The notes under the pieces: generated by a model
Told to the model about the DNA's origin: nothing
The model's input: the letters and a program-made list of their open reading frames with translations, nothing else
Databases searched by the model: none
Translations under genes and position numbers: made by a program
Shown here: positions 1 to 7,230 of the stretch, piece after piece
How the letters are laid out: the number at the start of each line of letters is the position of its first letter
Position numbering within the stretch: the first letter of the stretch is position 1
Virus record (IMG/VR): IMGVR_UViG_3300033997_000243
Span: 62,001 to 126,000 of that record
Strand: one strand, 5' to 3'
Length of the DNA stretch: 64,000 nucleotides

Positions 1-2
1 AT

Positions 3-119
3 GGGCAAATTGTTTACCGTTGGTGTCACGATTCAACTGGTTTTGAATGCAGCCAAGTTGAAAATCCGGCTTACGTAAGTAACCAACACGATCCTAAAAA
101 CATTATGATGGTGCGCTAA
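3..119 (+). CDS. 3' end of an upstream CDS (partial, ...GQIVYRWCHDSTGFECSQVENPAYVSNQHDPKNIMMVR*)
   Basis: Frame 3 is open from the window start to TAA 117-119, which overlaps the ATG of the next gene (TAATG coupling). Confidence 0.5.
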   Translation, partial: GQIVYRWCHDSTGFECSQVENPAYVSNQHDPKNIMMVR

Positions 120-1039
120 TGGAATTCAGATACAATTCAGATACTCCATTCCAATTAGGTGAATGGTTTAAAATAGAGCGTAATCATTTCTGGCATGTGT
201 ACTTAGATTCACGTATTAAAATTCGTGATGACAAAGGCGCTGTTGCTGTAGTTGATGAACGTACTTTGCGAGATCTTGTTGAAAAAAGCTTAATGCTTAA
301 TGGCGATCCTGCTTTGTTCGATTCTGTTTGGATTACACTAAACAACATTAAACCTGTTGCCATTGACTCTAAGGATATTGTTAGCGAAAGTGCAACATTG
401 AATTACAACTACCGTGTTGTTCTTCAACCTCCTGCAATTAAAAAAGCGCATCCATTAGCAATAGGTTTTCTTGAGGAAAATCTTGAACGCAGAAGAAATG
501 AATGGTGCTACCCATTAGCTGACATTGAGCGTAAGGCCGTAAATCAAGCTTTAGATTACACAGGATTTAAGAAGAAGATCAACTTAAATCATTTTATTCT
601 GTGTAAATCTGATGTAGTACCTACTTGCTTCAGTCGTCAAACCGATGCCTCTATAAAAGCGCGTCAGTTGCTTGTTCTGAACTTCAATCAACTTCAAGGC
701 TTACGTTCAGGTGCAATAACTTCAGGATTCCTTGCTCAAGTTATCACGCACGAGCTTGCTCACTTTTTAATGTATGATGGCATTGTACGTCAATCTCAGA
801 TGGAGCGTTACAAACAAGCTTTGGTTGCAAGACGTTTGCATCCAGATCAATTTAATCATGCAGGATATACTTATCCTTGGTATGAAGAAGCTTGGGCTAC
901 ATTGTGTGAGTATATGGTTCACGGTAAATCTGAACGTGGTTTAAGCTGCACAGATGGTTGGGAACTTGCAAAACAATACTTCGATAACAACTTTTTAATT
1001 AACGGAAATCCAACTGGTGATCGCTTAATTAAAATTTAA
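119..1039 (+). CDS. Putative zinc metallopeptidase (HExxH, gluzincin-like)
   Basis: VITHELAHFLM followed by WYEEAWA (candidate third ligand E). Confidence 0.65.
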   Translation: MEFRYNSDTPFQLGEWFKIERNHFWHVYLDSRIKIRDDKGAVAVVDERTLRDLVEKSLMLNGDPALFDSVWITLNNIKPVAIDSKDIVSESATLNYNYRVVLQPPAIKKAHPLAIGFLEENLERRRNEWCYPLADIERKAVNQALDYTGFKKKINLNHFILCKSDVVPTCFSRQTDASIKARQLLVLNFNQLQGLRSGAITSGFLAQVITHELAHFLMYDGIVRQSQMERYKQALVARRLHPDQFNHAGYTYPWYEEAWATLCEYMVHGKSERGLSCTDGWELAKQYFDNNFLINGNPTGDRLIKI

Positions 1040-1048
1040 GGAAAACAT

Positions 1049-1447
1049 ATGAAAATCAAAGTATTCGTTTCGCAAAGTTCGTACTCTTTGGCCAGACTTA
1101 AAGCATCTGACTCTAAATTCAGACAGTTGGCTGACGACAGATTTACTTCGTCACAAATCAAAAAACTTATGACCAAAGGAACGAAACTTCTTATGGTTGT
1201 TACAGGTGCTTACACACGTAAGGCTGATAACAAAGTAACTCCACAACTAAACAAATATACTCTTGTCATCAAAGAAGTTGAAATAGCTGGCAACGGAAAA
1301 TTAAAAAGAGTGTTGATTGCTCCAGAAGGTAAACATTCAAAAGATGAAATTAAACCTTTATCTGCGGCTGCTTTGGCAAAACTGTTGAACGGCGAAAAGG
1401 CTACTCTTAAATCTAAGAAAGGCACCAAAAGTGCTTCTCTTAAATAA
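1049..1447 (+). CDS. Lys-rich hypothetical protein with shared N-terminal leader (putative internal head protein)
   Basis: SD AAGGA; starts MKIKVFVSQSS; highly basic. Confidence 0.75.
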   Translation: MKIKVFVSQSSYSLARLKASDSKFRQLADDRFTSSQIKKLMTKGTKLLMVVTGAYTRKADNKVTPQLNKYTLVIKEVEIAGNGKLKRVLIAPEGKHSKDEIKPLSAAALAKLLNGEKATLKSKKGTKSASLK

Positions 1448-1465
1448 ATTCAATAGGAAAATCTT

Positions 1466-2293
1466 ATGAAAATTCAAGTTATGTTGTCTGAGAGCGCAGA
1501 TTTAACTGCTGCCCAAGAAAAGAAAATTGTTGTTGGCGGTACTTTTACTTTATATACAATAGTATCAACTAAAAAGACTCCACCAAGACCGAGCATTGGC
1601 TTTATTCCGAAAGAAACTATAGAGCGCTACAAAAAGATGCCTCCTGTTATAACAAAGGCGGCCACTAACTATCGTATAACCGAAGTGAATAGCACTAAAT
1701 CTGGATCAGTTAAATCCATAGTTGCTGTTGCAGAGCGTGACAATTCTCTTACACGTAAGCATCCCGGCAATTTATCAACTTTAACATTAACTAAAGCTAA
1801 ACTTTTGAGTTTAATCGGAAACAAAATAACAAAAGAAGATGTTGGAAGTCAGAGTATAACACTTACTACAAATTCTAAAGATACAACAGCATTCTTTAAC
1901 AAAACTGAGGCAAAAGACAAACAACGCATAAAAGCCTTAGATGAACAAATAGCTAAACTTCAAAAACAACGTGAAGAATTAGCTGGAGTTCAGAAAAAGC
2001 GTAACGATGCTATACACGATGCGGAATCCGCTAAGAAACGTGCTGAACTTAAAGCACAAGGCTATAGTTATTTAGTTGTTATTGAAGGTAAAGAAACAAA
2101 GAAAAAAACTTTAAGTGAAGCCCGTTCAGTCAGACCAAAGATCGGTGAAACCGCTTCGATTTTTGCTGTATTAGCAGGTAAACGCTCAAAGATTCTTACG
2201 TGGTCAGCTAAAGATCCTGTAACCAAAAGAGTCCTTAAAGGATATAATTGGTTCTTTACTTCAGCTGCTGCACAGAAAAAGTTTGATGTATGA
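1466..2293 (+). CDS. Lys-rich hypothetical protein with shared leader; central coiled coil
   Basis: SD AGGA; starts MKIQVMLSESA. Confidence 0.75.
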   Translation: MKIQVMLSESADLTAAQEKKIVVGGTFTLYTIVSTKKTPPRPSIGFIPKETIERYKKMPPVITKAATNYRITEVNSTKSGSVKSIVAVAERDNSLTRKHPGNLSTLTLTKAKLLSLIGNKITKEDVGSQSITLTTNSKDTTAFFNKTEAKDKQRIKALDEQIAKLQKQREELAGVQKKRNDAIHDAESAKKRAELKAQGYSYLVVIEGKETKKKTLSEARSVRPKIGETASIFAVLAGKRSKILTWSAKDPVTKRVLKGYNWFFTSAAAQKKFDV

Positions 2294-2330
2294 ACTTAAT
2301 GCGTTCGATTCCTACTATTAAGGCGGCCCT

Positions 2331-2933
2331 ATGAAAATCAAAGTATTTATTAGCTCTTCAAATAACAAACCTAAAAAAATTGGAGGCTCCAATTGGTTTG
2401 ATGAACTTTCAGACGAAGCTAAAAAAGAATATATTGAAGAACATCCAAATAGTCAGTACGCTAAACATCATATGCGTATGGCAAAACATAAGGAACGTAA
2501 ATCAAGGACTGGCCAATTCGCATCCGGCTTAGATCCTAGATTTGCAGAAGCATCTAAAGGTTTAGATCCTAATCTATTAAAAGAAGTATCTAAACTGGAT
2601 GACGATTTGCAGCAAAGTTTCGCCAAAAGATTTTCTGGCGCTATGGAAGAGTTTGGTTTGGATGCTGATAGTGAAGAAACAACTGCTTCACTGGAAAGTC
2701 ACAAAAATAGAGCGTTGAAAGCAAAGAAAGATGCAGAAAACGCAACTAATCCTATCGCCAAAAAGAAAGCTTTAGCTACTTTTGAGCGTGAACGAGATAA
2801 CTACAAAGAGTTAAAGCTTGCTCACCAGAAAGCTTTGGATGTTTTAAAGACTCCTGGTAAGTTGGATAAATTTAAGAATCAGCTTGGTAGACAGCTTTTA
2901 AGTAAGCTAAGTAAAGTTCAAGCGGAAGAGTAA
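2331..2933 (+). CDS. Basic hypothetical protein with shared leader
   Basis: Starts MKIKVFISSSN; WFDELSDEAKKEYIEEHPNSQYAK resembles a motif recalled from jumbo-phage virion proteins. Confidence 0.75.
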   Translation: MKIKVFISSSNNKPKKIGGSNWFDELSDEAKKEYIEEHPNSQYAKHHMRMAKHKERKSRTGQFASGLDPRFAEASKGLDPNLLKEVSKLDDDLQQSFAKRFSGAMEEFGLDADSEETTASLESHKNRALKAKKDAENATNPIAKKKALATFERERDNYKELKLAHQKALDVLKTPGKLDKFKNQLGRQLLSKLSKVQAEE

Positions 2934-2935
2934 GA

Positions 2936-3094
2936 ATGAAAAAACTCATGGTGGCTAATCTTGCTAAGAAAATTCCTGAAGATCAGCGCAATAAACGTCA
3001 ACAAAAATTAGTTGATGAAATTCCTGAGATTCATGCACGCCTTAAACAAAAAACTGGCCCCTTTGCCTTTATGCGTAAATCGAAGTTTAATTAA
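2936..3094 (+). CDS. Small basic ORF, 52 aa (MKKLMVANLAKK...RKSKFN), absent from the ORF track
   Basis: Translated by hand; fills the gap between 2933 and the terminator at about 3093. Confidence 0.6.
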   Translation: MKKLMVANLAKKIPEDQRNKRQQKLVDEIPEIHARLKQKTGPFAFMRKSKFN

Positions 3095-3113
3095 GGGCTT
3101 CGGCCCTTTTCTT
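3093..3113 (+). terminator. Intrinsic terminator with C(UUCG)G tetraloop
   Basis: AAGGGC-TTCG-GCCCTT followed by TTCTTT. Confidence 0.8.
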
Positions 3114-3124
3114 TAGGTGAGCTT

Positions 3125-3457
3125 ATGAAAATTCTTGTGAGTCTTTGTACAAGTGTAGACAGTATTCAAAAAGAAAATGGTAAACTTGTATACAAGGGAA
3201 TGACTTTCATTGATTTTGATAAACCCATTGAAATAAAGGATAAGCGCTACAAACGTGCGGTATTAGCACGTAAAGGAAATAATTTTAAACTAATAAAGTA
3301 TGGCCATGTTGACTATGAAGATTTCACTACTCACAAAGATCCTGAACGTAGAGAAAATTTTCGCAAAAGATTTCGTGGCATCTTAAAGTCTAATGGTAAG
3401 CCAGCTTATAAAGATAAATGGCAAGCTGCGTATTGGGCATACAACGATCTTTGGTAG
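3125..3457 (+). CDS. Basic protein with leader; DUF5754-like family (recalled from large DNA viruses)
   Basis: MKILVSLCTS leader; YGHVDYEDFTTHKDPERRENFRKRF...AAYWAYNDLW. Confidence 0.65.
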   Translation: MKILVSLCTSVDSIQKENGKLVYKGMTFIDFDKPIEIKDKRYKRAVLARKGNNFKLIKYGHVDYEDFTTHKDPERRENFRKRFRGILKSNGKPAYKDKWQAAYWAYNDLW

Positions 3458-3465
3458 GGAATTCT

Positions 3466-4143
3466 ATGAAGGTTAATATATTAATTTCTGAATCTGCTTC
3501 GACAACTCGTGCATTTAAAGCAAAACTTGCTGAATTAGGTTCCTTATTGTTTGAGTCAGATAATAAATTGATCAGGGAACTAAAGGTAACTAAACCTTTT
3601 GTTAAGACCATTGATGGATTAGCTTATGCTATCCGACTTGCACGTAAATCACACGTTGCTCAAAATAAAGTTGAAGAGTTAGCTACTTTGCTCGGAGTCA
3701 ATCCAGCACATATAACTTCTGCTGTGGATAAAACTGGCTATTGTCTCCACTTTAGCTCTGGTGCTGCTACCAAAGCAATTGCTACATTAAAAAGAATGGC
3801 TAAAGCCAAATCAGTTGGAGCACCTGCTAAAAAATCTAAGACCGCAGACTTCGGTTGGAATGTAGCAATCCAACAAATGACTCGTCAGAAAGAGAATATT
3901 GTTCAAGATAAAGGTCTTGAAGTTGCAGCTAAATGTAAACTGGCTTTTGCTGACCGCATTGATAAGCTTGTTGCTAAAAATACTAAAACACATGATGTCA
4001 GAAGTTTTAGTATGGAAGTTGTTGACTATCCACAAATGACAAGCACTGTCGGCACAGACGAAGTTTATATAACTGTCAAACTAAAGCTGGATCAAAAATC
4101 TCGACCTTCTCAGGGTCGTCCAGTGAAAAAAGAATTCAAGTAA
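3466..4143 (+). CDS. Basic hypothetical protein with shared leader
   Basis: Start moved from 3418 to ATG 3466 (SD AGGGA); begins MKVNILISESA. Confidence 0.75.
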   Translation: MKVNILISESASTTRAFKAKLAELGSLLFESDNKLIRELKVTKPFVKTIDGLAYAIRLARKSHVAQNKVEELATLLGVNPAHITSAVDKTGYCLHFSSGAATKAIATLKRMAKAKSVGAPAKKSKTADFGWNVAIQQMTRQKENIVQDKGLEVAAKCKLAFADRIDKLVAKNTKTHDVRSFSMEVVDYPQMTSTVGTDEVYITVKLKLDQKSRPSQGRPVKKEFK

Positions 4144-4173
4144 TTGGTCGCTCTAAAAAGAATTCAAGTAATT
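4127..4173 (+). repeat. 19-bp direct repeat AAAAAGAATTCAAGTAATT x2
   Basis: Copies at 4127-4145 and 4155-4173; the first spans the stop codon of the upstream gene. Confidence 0.85.
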
Positions 4174-4200
4174 AAATATTTTAGTTAAAGGAAATCAAAA

Positions 4201-5421
4201 ATGAAAATTCGTGTATTCACATCAACCTCAGCGCGTAAGCGTGATATTGTAGTAAATCAAGTTGGCACCAGTTTTGAAGTGTCTGTTGACGATAAAGTTC
4301 TGGTTAAGTTTACTGGCAAAGCAACACCTGATACTATTACAGAAAAATTGCAAAAGAAAGAATTCAATGGCGCAGAAATCAAACGTGTGTTTGCTCAGAT
4401 TGCTAAGCTTGGTAAAGCTGATTCCCGTGAAGTTAAGGTTAAACCTTCAGCTGCTGATTCAAAAACAAAGAAACAGCTTTTCTCTGATGCAACTGTACGT
4501 TTGGTGGCAAAAGAATTTCCAGAAGCTATAGCTACTTTAGCTCAACTGAATAAAACAGATCGTGCTAAAGCCTATGCCAGATCGCATCATGGCCTTGGTA
4601 TGGGTGTTCGGAATTTTATGCGTTCTAAGACCACAGAAAAAGCAGTGAGAAATCCTGTCACTGCCGACGATATTTGGTCAGAAGTTTTAGATCGTGCAAT
4701 CGAATTGAAACTTTATAAAGATACGGATGCTGATGTTTACCAGTTAGCAAAAATAACTGGTAATGCTGTAAAAGAGTTGGATATGGTTTTGTACAAAGAC
4801 GCAGATTCAGTGAAGAAATTAGGAGCCTCTATTGCACGTAGCTTGAAAAAAGCTTTCGGTGATGGCATGACTATTAAAGCTCGTGTACGTGAGCACTTTA
4901 GTCCGTCACCTAATGTACCTGCACACAGATACAATCACTTTGCTGTTTCCTTACCTATCAATATGATTACTGTAGGCGGCAACAATAAACTAAATATTTA
5001 TGTCGGTACTGGCATTGTAATGATCGAAGAGGATGGGCCGAAATCTACTAAGGTTACTAACCATAAACTGGTGAAAGGAACTAACGCAGAAGTTTTGGAG
5101 GCTATTACCAAGAATCTTAAGATCAAAACCAATACTGTTGAAAAACCTGCGTCAACAGGAAAATTCAATGAAGCAAGTCAATATGTTGTTGATAAATTCG
5201 GCAAAGATCTTAAGGCAAAAGGTATTGACTTAATACCTACACCTGGTGGCATTAGTTTTTATCATCCACGTCGCGGAACCGTTAAAGCACGTTTCGGAAT
5301 CAAAAATGGTAAGATGATGCACATGACTAAGTATAAGGCCAGTTTTGGTGAAACTTTTGACATGAGTAAACCAATTAGTAAAGCTGTTATCAGCAAAATT
5401 GTCGCTCCCTTACTTAAATAA
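4201..5421 (+). CDS. Basic hypothetical protein with shared leader
   Basis: SD AAGGA; starts MKIRVFTSTSA. Confidence 0.8.
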   Translation: MKIRVFTSTSARKRDIVVNQVGTSFEVSVDDKVLVKFTGKATPDTITEKLQKKEFNGAEIKRVFAQIAKLGKADSREVKVKPSAADSKTKKQLFSDATVRLVAKEFPEAIATLAQLNKTDRAKAYARSHHGLGMGVRNFMRSKTTEKAVRNPVTADDIWSEVLDRAIELKLYKDTDADVYQLAKITGNAVKELDMVLYKDADSVKKLGASIARSLKKAFGDGMTIKARVREHFSPSPNVPAHRYNHFAVSLPINMITVGGNNKLNIYVGTGIVMIEEDGPKSTKVTNHKLVKGTNAEVLEAITKNLKIKTNTVEKPASTGKFNEASQYVVDKFGKDLKAKGIDLIPTPGGISFYHPRRGTVKARFGIKNGKMMHMTKYKASFGETFDMSKPISKAVISKIVAPLLK

Positions 5422-5434
5422 TTTTTCCATAGGA

Positions 5435-5603
5435 TAAGGAGGTGATCCATATCTCGTGGTAACTACACCACGTTAAAGAAGGTAGTAGAGCAACCGCTCC
5501 GCTGCATAGAGTCAGTGATTTGATCAACTTTAACTGGAGATCATTATGAAGGCACTTCTTATCTAAACTTTATTTCAAGAGCATTCTTTTGGGTGCTCTT
5601 TCT
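5435..5603 (+). ncRNA. Candidate structured small RNA or leader element (16S 3'-end complement, pseudoknot, mini-ORF, terminal hairpin)
   Basis: TAAGGAGGTGATCCA 5435-5449; stem CGTGGT/ACCACG whose loop ACTAC is complementary to GTAGT 5482-5486; hairpin AAGAGCATTC-TTTT-GGGTGCTCTT 5577-5600. Confidence 0.45.
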
Positions 5604-5629
5604 AATAAGGTTTCCACTAAGGAACAAAT

Positions 5630-6286
5630 ATGAAAATTCGTGTATTCATTTCAGAATCAAGTCAAGAAGATGAAGAGTTTCAAAGAATTTGCGCGTTGTA
5701 CCTTGAGCGTCAATCCGTAGTACGTGCTTTAGGTGAAATCGACCGTGTGGTAAACGCCACAACTCAGGACGCAAACGAAATAGAAAGTGATAAAAGCTTT
5801 AATACTCGTAAACGAAATCTTCAGGAAGAGGTTGCAAAGTTTGATCTTGAAATCTCAAATCTCAAACGCAGAATTTTATACGGTACTTCTCCGTGGAAAA
5901 GTAAAGATAGCGAGTGGGTTAAAGAATTTATAGCAAAATGTTCTACCTCACTTATTGCCAATCCTTCACTAATACAAGCGAATAATGAAACCCAGTATAT
6001 AGAAGTAGCTTCAAAACTTCGCAGAGAGTTACTTGATAGTGTTAGAATGATCGCAAACTTTAAAAGCGAAAATATAGCTAATCTGTTATACGCTTGCGCT
6101 AAGTTTTATTTGGATATGTCAAACAGCGGTCAAAGTTCTTTATCTCAAGTTACGTATTCGGCTGCTGTAACCGAATTGCATAAAGTTCTTGAGTTATATG
6201 AACCTATTCTTATTCGTATATACAAACACGGCATTCGTAAAGATTACATGAAAGTGTTTGCTCAGGTTTTCAAGAATTTTGGTTAA
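5630..6286 (+). CDS. Helical hypothetical protein with shared leader
   Basis: SD AAGGA; starts MKIRVFISESS. Confidence 0.8.
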   Translation: MKIRVFISESSQEDEEFQRICALYLERQSVVRALGEIDRVVNATTQDANEIESDKSFNTRKRNLQEEVAKFDLEISNLKRRILYGTSPWKSKDSEWVKEFIAKCSTSLIANPSLIQANNETQYIEVASKLRRELLDSVRMIANFKSENIANLLYACAKFYLDMSNSGQSSLSQVTYSAAVTELHKVLELYEPILIRIYKHGIRKDYMKVFAQVFKNFG

Positions 6287-6296
6287 GGAATTTATT

Positions 6297-7115
6297 ATGC
6301 CTAATGCTGTGGTTAAATCTTATGCGGAAAAGACGGGCAAATCTGTAAAAGAAGTTGAGGCTCTTTGGGATCAGGCTAAGCAAATAGCAGGTAAAAAGTT
6401 TAAGGAAAATACCGAAAAGTTTTACCGTTACACAATGGGCATTTTTAAACGTAGCTTAGGTATATCCTCGGTTCAAACTATTGTGTCTGTAAGCACAACA
6501 ACTGGCGCACTTATAAGTCGTTCTGGTTGTTCTTGTGATGAAACAAAAGATGAAGGCCGCTTTAAAATTTGGTGGCAAGGCCCAGTCTATTCTTCAAAAA
6601 TTCTGTATGCCGCTGATAGTATTCCAGATTTGTTTGCTATGGTGGATTCTACTAGATTGCGCCAAAAACATTATCCTGAAGGAACTTACAGAATTATTGA
6701 TGACGCTGCTGACGGAAAAAGTGTTTATGGTCTACATCGTTTCGGTGGGAATGGTAGTCCAATAAAAGAACTTTGGATTCCATTGGATTTTAATCATAAA
6801 GAATTATCCAAAGTAGATTCAAGAACCACAGCTTTTCTCGCCAACTACTTAAAAGCAAATCTTTCTACACTTGAGTCAAGCTTATCAACTCACGAATTTC
6901 TTTCTCGTATGGAGCAATACGCCACTTATTATTTTAATGCAAAAGAAAGATTTGAAAGTTTATCCCCAGTTCCTGCATTTGAATCTAGCATGGATGGCCA
7001 AGCTTTATTGTCTGTTTTTCAAGATACAAATAATGCTGATCGTATTCGCTGGAAATATCCTGACAGTGCAAAGCGTGGAACCTATCCAAAAATTGAAAGT
7101 CTTGTTTTTAATTAA
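6297..7115 (+). CDS. Hypothetical virion/prohead-core-like protein
   Basis: Start moved to ATG 6297 (SD AAGGA); N-terminal module MPNAVVKSYAEKTGKSVKEVEALWDQAK...FYRYTMGIFKR resembles a small myophage protein family; internal QTIVSVST leader-like motif. Confidence 0.7.
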   Translation: MPNAVVKSYAEKTGKSVKEVEALWDQAKQIAGKKFKENTEKFYRYTMGIFKRSLGISSVQTIVSVSTTTGALISRSGCSCDETKDEGRFKIWWQGPVYSSKILYAADSIPDLFAMVDSTRLRQKHYPEGTYRIIDDAADGKSVYGLHRFGGNGSPIKELWIPLDFNHKELSKVDSRTTAFLANYLKANLSTLESSLSTHEFLSRMEQYATYYFNAKERFESLSPVPAFESSMDGQALLSVFQDTNNADRIRWKYPDSAKRGTYPKIESLVFN

Positions 7116-7117
7116 TC

Positions 7118-7153
7118 AAAAGCCAGTTGAACCAAGTGTTCGCTGGCTTTTTT
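7118..7153 (+). terminator. Intrinsic terminator
   Basis: AAAAGCCAG...CTGGCTTTTTT. Confidence 0.8.
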
Positions 7154-7182
7154 CATTTCCCTCATTGTTTTCCACTTAAATC

Positions 7183-7193
7183 TATAATTTAGT
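7183..7193 (+). promoter_or_regulatory. Candidate late promoter TATAATTTAGT
   Basis: Identical 11-mer at 29925-29935; core TAATTTA also occurs upstream of the scaffold and sheath genes. Confidence 0.45.
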
Positions 7194-7230
7194 TAGGTAA
7201 GACAAATTAACCGTGTACAAAGGAACTCGT

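Noticed and set aside
2300-2315. GTTCGATTCC resembling a tRNA T-loop
   Set aside because: No T-stem, acceptor stem or cloverleaf; it lies in a 37-nt intergenic gap
3418-3465. ORF-track upstream starts (also 6258, 13223, 17821, 32291, 62131, 62915)
   Set aside because: Downstream ATGs have proper SD spacing or avoid long overlaps with the upstream gene; at 3466 and 17947 they also expose the shared leader
5435-5449. 16S rRNA gene fragment on the minus strand
   Set aside because: Only 15 nt match; flanks do not continue as rRNA
5455-5520. Pistol ribozyme (CGUGG...CCACG-UUAAA start)
   Set aside because: No room for the P2 strand before the pseudoknot partner, and no GCG/P3/GU cleavage arrangement; kept only as an unassigned pseudoknot
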